Virus record (IMG/VR): IMGVR_UViG_3300048442_000200
Coordinates: 1 to 26,888 of that record
Length of the DNA stretch: 26,888 bases
Origin: a virus
Taxonomy: Duplodnaviria; Caudoviricetes
Strand: one strand, 5' to 3'
Made by a program: the position numbers and the translations under genes. Each line of letters starts with the position of its first letter. Positions within the stretch are counted from its first letter, which is position 1. Positions 1 through 8,611 of the stretch are shown here, one piece after another. The notes beneath the pieces were generated by a model. The model worked only from the letters and a program-made list of their open reading frames with translations. It had not been told where the DNA came from and searched no databases.

Positions 1-19
1 CACGACGCTCTTCCGATCT
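1..19 (+). other. Illumina TruSeq adapter remnant (sequencing artefact)
   Basis: CACGACGCTCTTCCGATCT is the 3' end of the TruSeq read-1 adapter (...CTACACGACGCTCTTCCGATCT) and sits at the very start of the window. Confidence 0.95.
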
Positions 20-322
20 TTCTTCAGGTACTTCTGTCTGACGAATTAGATACCAGTCAGTTGGAGCAAGTAAGGTAGCAGCTATGTTTTTCTGTTCTGT
101 AATCCATTGCTGTTTAAGCTCGTCAATGTCTTTAGGATTATCAATACCCCAGTAGAAACGTTGATCGAAGTAAGATTCAGGATTAGGTGCTACCCAAGTA
201 ATACCTAAGGCGTCACGTTGAGCTTGCGTTGAATTACGGAGCCAGTTGGCGGGGTATTGGTTGCCGTTGACATCAGTAAACGCCTTATCTAGAGGTAAGG
301 GTTTGTCATTGTAGTAATACAT
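20..322 (-). CDS. Tail fibre-associated protein (possible assembly chaperone), 3' truncated; not in the ORF track
   Basis: ATG at 322, open to the adapter: MYYYNDKPLPLDKAFTDVNGNQYPANWLRNSTQAQRDALGITWVAPNPESYFDQRFYWGIDNPKDIDELKQQWITEQKNIAATLLAPTDWYLIRQ... The QYPANWL, DQRFYW and LAPTDW motifs are typical of proteins encoded next to marine phage tail fibre genes. Confidence 0.7.
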
Positions 323-342
323 AGGTAAAAGTAGAGTTAGGT

Positions 343-2742
343 TTAACGGGCAATACCGCCATTACTGGAGACCGGGTGTTCAGCAAATGCGACGTATAGG
401 TAAGTCTCGCCATTGGAATTGAACTGATTTGTAGTACCTCTTGGCTGAAAGCCATTGCTGAAAATGTCTAAATTGTAAGTAGCTGAACTGTTTTCAGTAC
501 CAGTTTGGTCAGCAAACAATATATTTCCAACGGTGTTATAAGTGGATCTGGCTGTGTCATACATAAGCCAAGAGCCTGTTCTTGATGCGGCTTTGATCAG
601 TATCCACCTTGGCTTAAACCCAGTGTGTATATAAAAACCTTTTGTAGACCCATTACCTTTGTAACTAGACATTACGCTATAACCTTCAACAGGTGTCATG
701 CAGTAGGCCACGTAAGTATCACCACTGTTTCCTGTGTAGCTATCACCAGAGACAGAGACGACACTAGAAGTAGGTGATGTATTGCCCCATACGTTATATG
801 TGTTTGCACCAGCAGTGCTGTCAAGCATCAAATACTGTGTGTTTGGAATAGCTTTATGCCATAAGCACCATGCTGCTGAAGTATTGCGCCTTTTAACCAT
901 GACAAATTCAGGAGCAGCATTTAGACCATGACCAAATGTTCCACCTTCTGTGCCGGTATAAGTACAAATACTGACCCCAGCAGTGGGGTTGGCTCTTACT
1001 TGTGAAGTTATGCTGCCGTCAGTGTTAGATACCGTGGAATCTCCAGCGTCCCAGGCCCAACCAACTATCGTCTTCGAGTTGTTATTGACATTGGCCCACG
1101 CTCCTAAATCAAATCCGTCTGAATTAAAAGCTGTCAGTGACGTTGAATATGCCTGTTCAGCATCAGATGCATCTGATTTTAAAGCGTTTGTAGCGCCACG
1201 AATTGTGTCAAACAGAAAATGGCTTCTTGCGGATTCCGAACGTACTTTTATCCACGCAAAATCTGGACTAAATCCATAACCTGAAATTGTTTGAGTTGAA
1301 CTGTTACCAGTCCATAGCTTCGTATCAAAATACTGACTGCCATCCGCAATCGCTGGGGTCGGTAAGTTCGATGTGCATAACGCCTTGTAGCCGCTGAGAG
1401 GATAGCTGAAGGCACGTTGGCCGAAGTTGGCTGTATACGTTCCAGTTCTAGTTTGACCATCAAAATTGTAGACAAAGGGGGTGTATCTTGCAGCCGTGAT
1501 CGAAGTTGAACCATTAGCTGTGCCGTTTAAGTAAGCGTAGAAATTCTGATTGTCTAAATCGTATGCAATACCAATAACATCACCAACACTGCATTCGGTT
1601 AGCCCATCGACAATAGTATTATTGTCAGGACCTTTTATGACGCCATTTCCACCGTACTTATAACTGTGATACCTGGGATCTTTTTCTAGCGCATCTACAT
1701 TAGCAATGCCGACGTTCGTTTTAAATACTCTACTTGAACTTGAAAAAGAATCAATGGTAATCTCAAAATACCACTTACCTGTTAAGGTGGCAAAAGTTCC
1801 CAAAGCAAAGTCCCTGCTAGTAGCAGTGCTAGTTGAAGTCAAAGATGCCGATAAATTACCGTTAGAAAGCGTACCACCATTACGCAAATCAAGTGGATTT
1901 AGTGTACAGTAGTTCCCACTAACTTCTCCACCAAGTCCAGTATCTGTCTGCGTGCCGTTGGTTGGTGAGTCAACTAGGGAGTCGTTACCTGCACCGGCTG
2001 CAACACTTAAATTATGAACTGTGAAGTCATTCCCGTTTCCACTGCTATCAGTACCAAGAGCAGAAACACTACTGTTATCACTGAAGTCAAGATGAAACCC
2101 TTGAGACCCATATGTTCCAGTGAATTCAGACATCTGCCATACATTGTTGGCGTCATACTGACCGAAGTCAGTTGGGTCTAATACTTGACCATCGATGAAG
2201 TTAATTTCGGCTAGATAAAAGCTAGCATATTTACCATTACTTAGTTTATTAACTCCTATGAAAATTGTGTTTGTACTATTTATAGTTGTATTACTATTTT
2301 GATTATAATTACAATTTGATGTAAATGCAAGCTCTCCATTTACATAAAACATGAAACGATCATCACTTTTAGTTGTATCACAAGAAACAACAATGTGACG
2401 CCAAGCTGATGTATCTCTGTACAGAGCTGTTCCAGGATTATTTTGCCCATTGCCTCCAAAATGACCAATGCCTGAGCGGGAGAATCTTAACTGTGGATCA
2501 GTATTGCTACCTATATTACCAAAACCCCATGAATCATTGTCATTGGTGCTAAAAAAATGATTATTGTTAGTACCAAGAATATCTACTTGCTTTACCCAAC
2601 CACTCCAGGTCCACTCCTGGCGGTTGCCAGTAGCACTTGGGGTTCGTTTGAGATAACTTGAGTCTCCTTCGTTAAATCTAAGACTGCGTCCTGGAGGAGA
2701 GGAGCCAGTAGAAGTAGATCCATAAAAAAATTCGTTTAACAT
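343..2742 (-). CDS. Virion/tail fibre-associated lectin-like protein (ConA/LamG-like domain, SPRY/B30.2-like domain, repeated YTGNG-type C-terminal modules)
   Basis: 799 aa, rich in Gly/Ser/Thr/Asn. LamG-like motifs (WTWSGWVK, WRHIVVSCD, FYVNGE, YLAEINFIDG), SPRY-like motifs (GKWYFEI, GDVIGIAYDLD, ANFGQ), repeated [WY]TGNxS...GFxPxxxxIK units. Start overlaps the tail fibre stop. Confidence 0.75.
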   Translation of the reverse strand: MLNEFFYGSTSTGSSPPGRSLRFNEGDSSYLKRTPSATGNRQEWTWSGWVKQVDILGTNNNHFFSTNDNDSWGFGNIGSNTDPQLRFSRSGIGHFGGNGQNNPGTALYRDTSAWRHIVVSCDTTKSDDRFMFYVNGELAFTSNCNYNQNSNTTINSTNTIFIGVNKLSNGKYASFYLAEINFIDGQVLDPTDFGQYDANNVWQMSEFTGTYGSQGFHLDFSDNSSVSALGTDSSGNGNDFTVHNLSVAAGAGNDSLVDSPTNGTQTDTGLGGEVSGNYCTLNPLDLRNGGTLSNGNLSASLTSTSTATSRDFALGTFATLTGKWYFEITIDSFSSSSRVFKTNVGIANVDALEKDPRYHSYKYGGNGVIKGPDNNTIVDGLTECSVGDVIGIAYDLDNQNFYAYLNGTANGSTSITAARYTPFVYNFDGQTRTGTYTANFGQRAFSYPLSGYKALCTSNLPTPAIADGSQYFDTKLWTGNSSTQTISGYGFSPDFAWIKVRSESARSHFLFDTIRGATNALKSDASDAEQAYSTSLTAFNSDGFDLGAWANVNNNSKTIVGWAWDAGDSTVSNTDGSITSQVRANPTAGVSICTYTGTEGGTFGHGLNAAPEFVMVKRRNTSAAWCLWHKAIPNTQYLMLDSTAGANTYNVWGNTSPTSSVVSVSGDSYTGNSGDTYVAYCMTPVEGYSVMSSYKGNGSTKGFYIHTGFKPRWILIKAASRTGSWLMYDTARSTYNTVGNILFADQTGTENSSATYNLDIFSNGFQPRGTTNQFNSNGETYLYVAFAEHPVSSNGGIAR

Positions 2743-4421
2743 TACGAGATACCTTCTGATACATTGCCCAATAGGATTACAGAGGCACTCTGAACATAGA
2801 ACGGAATAATTGCAGGGAATGAAGCAATAGTAGGGGCTGAACCTGATGGGAATTTAAAGTAACTACCCCATACCACAGGTCCTGCTGTAATACGAATAAG
2901 ACCTGAAGTACCAGCTACACAGTTAGATGGGTTAGGAACAGTAATTGCTCCACACGTCCAGTGATTGCCTGTTGATAAATCAAATGCACTTGCTGTAATA
3001 GTGCGTTCAGTTGTTTCAAGCGTTCCTGTCATCGTGCCACCAGTCAGATCTAGTGCTCCTACATCTCCTGCATCTAAAACAACAACACCTGTAGAACTAT
3101 TAACACTATCAACAGGAGCAGCGGAGGGGATTGTTGGCGTGTTACTTAAATCGGCGTAATCGCCTGAGAAAGTTGTAACCGTGACAGCACCAGTCGATCC
3201 GTTTACCGATGTCACCGCATTGACCTGAGCTCCAGCTTCGATACCATCGAGCTTCGTGTGATCAGCATCTGTGAAGTTCTGATCAGTCTGTACATAGTTG
3301 GCATCAATAACCGTGTTGGGATCGATTGTTGGAATTGTTGGCTTATTTGTTAGATCGTCGTAATCGCCAGAGGTTGCAACTGTAGATAAATCAGCAGGCT
3401 GAACTGCAGTACCGATATCTGTAAGCTGGGTAGAAGTAGCAAATTTATTAGTGGTAGATGAATCATCGATATCATCAGCATCAAGTACAACAGCACCCGT
3501 GAGAGTATTAATAGACTGAACACCAGAATCCTCAAGAGCATCCTCAACTGCCTGTGCAGATGCAGCCGCAGCAGTAGCTGAAGCTTGGGCAGCAGTGGCT
3601 GAGGCTTGCGCGGCTGTAGCGGTTGTAGAAGCAGCAGTAGCAGCAGTGGTAGCATTATTGGCTGCTGTTTGAGCTGTACTTACACCACTAAGTGCTGAAG
3701 TTGCGTTTGTATTAGCAGTAGTAGCTAAAGTACTAGCTGCATTAGCCGTAGAAATAGCGGTGGCGGCGTCGGTAGAAGCTTGTGTTGCGTCGGTAGAGGC
3801 TTGAGTAGCAGCACTCGCAGCGGAATTTGCAGTTGTAAGTGCTGTACCGGCGTCTGTTGTTGCAGTATTTGCAAAGCCCTGTGCAGATGTAGCTGCAGTT
3901 TGAGCAGCAGCAGCATCAGCAGCAGCTTGCGTGGATGCACTTACAGCAGAAGAAACACTTGACAGGGCCGATTGAGCACTTGTTTCAGCAGTATGGGCTG
4001 AGTTTTCAGCAGCAGTAGCCGCTGTAAGAGCTGCTGCAGAATCTATAAGGGCATCATCTGCTTTATCTAGTGCCTGATTAGCTACAGACGTTGCACTGCC
4101 TGCATCAAATGTGGCCTCCTGGACTACATACAATGCTTGGGTAAAGTTATCGTTTAAGTCCCTAGCTCTAATTGCAGAGCCAGGAAAAAACACTGCCTTT
4201 AAATCCGTATCATCTGTGTCTCTAAAAATTGAGACATTTGCCCCAGATGCAGGGGCAGAATTAAGCTGAATTGTTGTAGCATTAGCAAAGGTATATTCAG
4301 TTGTTAGTACGTCATCAATTTTTACATTGATATCCGCAATTTCGATATATGGGAATGTAAATGAATAGAGAACGGTTGAGCCATTCCCTACATAACTATT
4401 TGAAATAACTGGGTTAGACAT
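2742..4421 (-). CDS. Tail fibre protein (T7 gp17-like N-terminal anchor, Ala/Thr coiled coil, fibre repeats)
   Basis: N-terminus YVGNGSTVLYSFTFPYI...FFPGSAIRARDLNDNFTQALYVVQE matches the T7 gp17 tail-attachment domain. Position after the gp16-like gene fits. Confidence 0.9.
   Translation of the reverse strand: MSNPVISNSYVGNGSTVLYSFTFPYIEIADINVKIDDVLTTEYTFANATTIQLNSAPASGANVSIFRDTDDTDLKAVFFPGSAIRARDLNDNFTQALYVVQEATFDAGSATSVANQALDKADDALIDSAAALTAATAAENSAHTAETSAQSALSSVSSAVSASTQAAADAAAAQTAATSAQGFANTATTDAGTALTTANSAASAATQASTDATQASTDAATAISTANAASTLATTANTNATSALSGVSTAQTAANNATTAATAASTTATAAQASATAAQASATAAAASAQAVEDALEDSGVQSINTLTGAVVLDADDIDDSSTTNKFATSTQLTDIGTAVQPADLSTVATSGDYDDLTNKPTIPTIDPNTVIDANYVQTDQNFTDADHTKLDGIEAGAQVNAVTSVNGSTGAVTVTTFSGDYADLSNTPTIPSAAPVDSVNSSTGVVVLDAGDVGALDLTGGTMTGTLETTERTITASAFDLSTGNHWTCGAITVPNPSNCVAGTSGLIRITAGPVVWGSYFKFPSGSAPTIASFPAIIPFYVQSASVILLGNVSEGIS
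3536..4100 (-). repeat. Ala/Thr/Ser heptad-like coding repeats (coiled-coil shaft of the tail fibre); boundaries approximate
   Basis: Tandem 7-aa units such as ATQASTD-ATQASTD and ATAAQAS-ATAAQAS, with degenerate 21-bp DNA repeats. Confidence 0.75.
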
Positions 4422-4422
4422 A

Positions 4423-7400
4423 CTACGGATTGTTTAGTTCTAGTAATTGCTGATAAGACCGTTCGGCACTTTTAGATCTTCCAGCTAAAGCTTGTTTCTC
4501 GTACTCACTTTGCTTCTTTAATTTCTCGTCTAATTGTCTTGCATCCTCAGACCTTGAATTAATATATTGATTAACTGCATAAGTTCTAAGATCTGCAATC
4601 TTCTCAACTGTGTTTGTGTACCAGGGCATTTTTTCTTTAGGAGTTGGAGACTCAAGCCACTCCTTATATTGCATTTGAAAGCCTTCAGTCTTAAAATGGT
4701 TTACTAACATTTGCTCAAGGCCCATCCTCCCATTACCTGGCTTTGCCATGATCTTATTGACTTCGTGCTTAGTAGTAGCACTAAGTGGTATCTTTTTGTA
4801 GTGATTATTTAGCTCTAGTGTGTAATCAATGCCATACCTGACTAAACCTTCAATCGCTTTGCTTTCATTAACATCTGTAATACTAAAAGGCGTGAGAATG
4901 TTGGTTCTGGCTTGAGCATCGTTAATGATAGGCTCACCAGATAAAGGGGAAATTTTTTCAGCACCTAAAAAGGCTTTAGAAAGGGGTAAAGTTTCAGCCA
5001 TGTACCTTTCCATGCTGGAATTATATTCCCGAGCTCCAGGGACAAGGAAATTGTTAAAGTCTTTGAGAGCCCCTCCATACTTGGTAAATGCTCTTAGGGT
5101 GTTAGCCAGCAACGTATCAGGAAGTGTGGAGTATTTTCGTCGGCCATTCAACACTTCATCAATGTAACCAACAGAATCAACCAAGCCCTTTAGCCAGGAT
5201 TGCTCAAACATTGCAAATGCAACAGAATATGTAGCTTGTGAAAAAACTTCGTTATAATCATCATACCTATGGCTGTTGTTCATTACATAAGCAGCATCCG
5301 CATACATACTGAGAACCGTAGAGATGGGGCCTAAGAAACGATGGCTATACCACTTACCATTAATTTTAAATGAATGGCGTGGAGCTTTTAATTCATCCAG
5401 CGCTCTTTCGCCTCGATCAACGTGACCAGATCCTGTTAGTACACCATTTAAAGCCATGTTAGTGGCTGTAATACCAATAATGTATGCAGCACCTTCACGC
5501 CCCTTGTAAACAGCCTTAAGAAGTTCATCATCTCCTTCAATAACCTTTTTATATTCCCGCATAAAATTAAGGCCAGACGGAGTCAGCCTTGCTACCCGAG
5601 GCAAAATTGGCATAAACTGGGGGGTTTGTGCGAGAATATTTGCAGGAGTTTTGACAAAAGGAAGAGCAGCACTTGCTAGGACACCCCCTTCTTTAATGGC
5701 GTCGTCCATTTTAGCAATAAACCCTGTTAAATCTTGCTGAAAGGTATCTTCTTTAGAGCGTTTAAGGGCAATAGGATCCGTAATAGAAAAATCCTCATCA
5801 AACTTGCTCTTAATTAAGTCATTCAACTCATCAGCACTATAAGTTTTTCCATCTTTGGCAATCTGAGTTAAATAGTCAAACTTTGCAGACTGCCTTGCTG
5901 AGATGACACGGAACGCAGCGTCAGTTGAGTTCATAGCTCGCGTGGCGTATTGCCCAGCCGGGGTGGCTAGTAAGTAATACTGAGCCCTTACAAAAATTGC
6001 TGTAGCTCTCTGGCCTCCAGTTTGGGCTCGAGCATACATATTATCAACTTGCTCAGCCATATTTCTTTGAGACATAAGGTATCCACGGGCTACCTGCGCG
6101 TCACCTGTTTTCTGCCATTGAATTCGGGCGGCCTTATAAGAATCACCTAACCCACCAAAAATGGAGCCATACATTGCAAGAGCAGCTTTAGCTTGTTGAG
6201 GCTTGAATAAAGAACCGCCTGCAGCAAGTAAGGGTTTCATAGCAACGTTAAATCCCGTACCAAGAATGTTCCGCTCATGAGTCCTCAAAGAAGACAAATA
6301 GGCGTTATACATAGTAGTACGGAAGTTCTGACCGCTAATACGTGCAGCCTGCTCTGAAAAGACTTCAATAAGTTCAGGGTTACCATCAGCTAATACAAGG
6401 CCTTCACCCAAGACATTCATTTTATCAATGGCTTTAGGGTCCCCGGCTTTAATACCTGCACGAATACTTTCCCATTCAGCTTGAAACTCATTTAGTTTTT
6501 TATCAACTTTAGGATCTGGAGCAGTAGGGGCATCGAAAGCACCTTGTTCTACCTTTCGGATCAAATCCTCAATTGGTTCATCGGCTTTTAAAGCTGCCAT
6601 AGCTGAGCCTTTATAGCTACGTCCTTTGATAACTTCCTTACCTACACCAATAAGATCATCAATAATCATGTCTGACTGACGGGTAGCATCGCCACCCTTA
6701 GACATGATTTCCTGCATCAGAGGCACTTTTTCAGTAATCTGATTAGCAAGATCCTGGATAATTGCACGACCAGCAAGATCACCATAGATAGTACGAATAA
6801 CAGGCATAGGTAGGCCCGCGTCATCGACTACGCTATGTAAAAGCTCCATAGCTGAAGCGTCTTTATTCTTCCAGGCGGTAATGAGATCTCTAACCTTAGC
6901 TTTAGATTCGGGGGTAGTTTTTTTATTATTAGCCCGGTAATCATTCATCTCCACCTTAAATTCTTCTGGCATCATTCCAAATGTCAGATCGCCCATACCA
7001 TCTTGAGTGGCATTGAGCTGCTTCTTCATAGCATCGGTGGTTAGTGGGTTGGTGGACGTTCGAGGTACAGCAGAACCAAACTCTGGCTGTGCTGCCTGTT
7101 GAGCAGCTACGCCTCTTATAGGGTAGGAAGCAGACTTACCTGACCTCTCATTTGGTTCGTATAGCTGTTGTTCCTTAGTTCCACTATTTGCCACATCTTC
7201 AGCCTTACGTTGTTCATACCCAGGACGGCGGGTGTGGATGGGTTTAAATGCAGGATCATCTAGTAGATCAGACATCTGTGTTTGCCTTAACCCCTGACCC
7301 TTGGTATTTACATAGTTAGGAAATTTAAACATCTCCAGCTCAAGCTGTTTATTGATAATTTTTGCATTTTCAATTGCTTGCTCGGCTACTTTATCACCCT

Positions 7401-8547
7401 TAACTTTTAATTTTAGCTCTTCAAGTTCTTTTAAAACCTCTCCGGTCTGGCGAGCTAACTGCGAATCATCTAAGCTAGTAATTTCCTGAAAGATAATCTC
7501 ACCAGCCTCGGTAACTTGAGGTGGGAGTTCTTTGGCAGGAATTTTGCGGGCATCCATAACAGGCTTATAGATATCTCCAAAGACTTTTCTAAATGCCTTA
7601 TAGGTAAGATCAATACCATCCACAGCCTTTTCCATAAGGCCACCCTCGGCCATATTTTTAATACGGCGAATGTATTCATTATCTTCATCCTTGTGGGCGA
7701 GAGCATCAAGAAACCCTGTCTTTTTCATAATATTCCCAATACCTAAGAATTCGGTATCTTGGGCCATATTGACAAGATTTCCATCTCCCGGTGTATAAAC
7801 TAAATCTGCAATTGCACCAACAGTAAAATTTCTGTGAGCCCTTTGAATTTTACCAATAAAACCAGGCTTGCTGGCTACTGATGGGCCACCAGGAATGACT
7901 GCATTAATCACTCTAGCGTTGCTCATAAAGCCTAGAAGTGCAGCTCCGAGTTCACCTATCTCAGTGACAGGTTTAGCACCTACTAAATTAAACTCGGCCC
8001 CTTCATATTCTGAAGTCCAAGGAGCTGGTTCATCACCACGCAGTCCTAGAGCAGATCCAGCCGTATCGACAACCAGTTTGCCAACTTGAGCAGCAGAGTT
8101 AATAGGGGCAGTAAAGACAGGCATAAGAGCCCTTTCTGCTTCACCAGTGGCCTTACTTAAAACATTCTGGCTATCAAGACGCCTTACATCAGAGGCATCG
8201 ATCTCCTCTCGAATTTCATCATAGTCGCGATCATCAAAAGCATCTTTGATAAATGCAAGACCATCCTTAACATATTTGTCTACTACTGATTCATTCTCTA
8301 AAGCCTTTTCCCCATAAGATTTTTCAGGTTCAGCCGGTGGCTTTTCTGCAGGGGTTTCTGGTGGGGGTGTTTCTGGTGGTTTTTTAGAACCTTCGATATC
8401 CTCAACGGTTAGCTGGGATGGATCAATAATGTTTGTGCCTTCTGGGGCTGCTGTTTCTTGGTTGATTGATAATTGAGCTTCTTGCTCTTTGTCCGGCGTA
8501 CCGTCCATACTATCAATCCATTGTTGGTACGTTGAACGCTCTTCCAT
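4423..8547 (-). CDS. Internal virion (ejection) protein, gp16-like
   Basis: 1374 aa, last and largest internal protein before the tail fibre. Carries LPFVKTPANI and GVLTGSG motifs seen in gp16-like proteins. Confidence 0.75.
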   Translation of the reverse strand: MEERSTYQQWIDSMDGTPDKEQEAQLSINQETAAPEGTNIIDPSQLTVEDIEGSKKPPETPPPETPAEKPPAEPEKSYGEKALENESVVDKYVKDGLAFIKDAFDDRDYDEIREEIDASDVRRLDSQNVLSKATGEAERALMPVFTAPINSAAQVGKLVVDTAGSALGLRGDEPAPWTSEYEGAEFNLVGAKPVTEIGELGAALLGFMSNARVINAVIPGGPSVASKPGFIGKIQRAHRNFTVGAIADLVYTPGDGNLVNMAQDTEFLGIGNIMKKTGFLDALAHKDEDNEYIRRIKNMAEGGLMEKAVDGIDLTYKAFRKVFGDIYKPVMDARKIPAKELPPQVTEAGEIIFQEITSLDDSQLARQTGEVLKELEELKLKVKGDKVAEQAIENAKIINKQLELEMFKFPNYVNTKGQGLRQTQMSDLLDDPAFKPIHTRRPGYEQRKAEDVANSGTKEQQLYEPNERSGKSASYPIRGVAAQQAAQPEFGSAVPRTSTNPLTTDAMKKQLNATQDGMGDLTFGMMPEEFKVEMNDYRANNKKTTPESKAKVRDLITAWKNKDASAMELLHSVVDDAGLPMPVIRTIYGDLAGRAIIQDLANQITEKVPLMQEIMSKGGDATRQSDMIIDDLIGVGKEVIKGRSYKGSAMAALKADEPIEDLIRKVEQGAFDAPTAPDPKVDKKLNEFQAEWESIRAGIKAGDPKAIDKMNVLGEGLVLADGNPELIEVFSEQAARISGQNFRTTMYNAYLSSLRTHERNILGTGFNVAMKPLLAAGGSLFKPQQAKAALAMYGSIFGGLGDSYKAARIQWQKTGDAQVARGYLMSQRNMAEQVDNMYARAQTGGQRATAIFVRAQYYLLATPAGQYATRAMNSTDAAFRVISARQSAKFDYLTQIAKDGKTYSADELNDLIKSKFDEDFSITDPIALKRSKEDTFQQDLTGFIAKMDDAIKEGGVLASAALPFVKTPANILAQTPQFMPILPRVARLTPSGLNFMREYKKVIEGDDELLKAVYKGREGAAYIIGITATNMALNGVLTGSGHVDRGERALDELKAPRHSFKINGKWYSHRFLGPISTVLSMYADAAYVMNNSHRYDDYNEVFSQATYSVAFAMFEQSWLKGLVDSVGYIDEVLNGRRKYSTLPDTLLANTLRAFTKYGGALKDFNNFLVPGAREYNSSMERYMAETLPLSKAFLGAEKISPLSGEPIINDAQARTNILTPFSITDVNESKAIEGLVRYGIDYTLELNNHYKKIPLSATTKHEVNKIMAKPGNGRMGLEQMLVNHFKTEGFQMQYKEWLESPTPKEKMPWYTNTVEKIADLRTYAVNQYINSRSEDARQLDEKLKKQSEYEKQALAGRSKSAERSYQQLLELNNP

Positions 8548-8570
8548 TTGGATTATCTATAATGAGAAAA

Positions 8571-8608
8571 TAGTGGATGATCAGAAGGCGTACCAACTGA
8601 CCATCTAG
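8571..8608 (-). terminator. Intergenic stem-loop (terminator or RNA processing site)
   Basis: Minus strand GAUGGUCAG-UU-GG-UACG-CC-UU-CUGAUCAUC, followed by CACUAUUUUCU, between the gp15-like and gp16-like genes. Confidence 0.5.
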
Positions 8609-8611
8609 TTT

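Noticed and set aside
3536-4100. CRISPR-like or non-coding tandem array
   Set aside because: Repeats are degenerate at third codon positions and encode the coiled-coil fibre shaft; there are no spacers.
343-4421. Diversity-generating retroelement acting on the fibre genes
   Set aside because: No reverse transcriptase gene and no template/variable repeat pair visible in the window.
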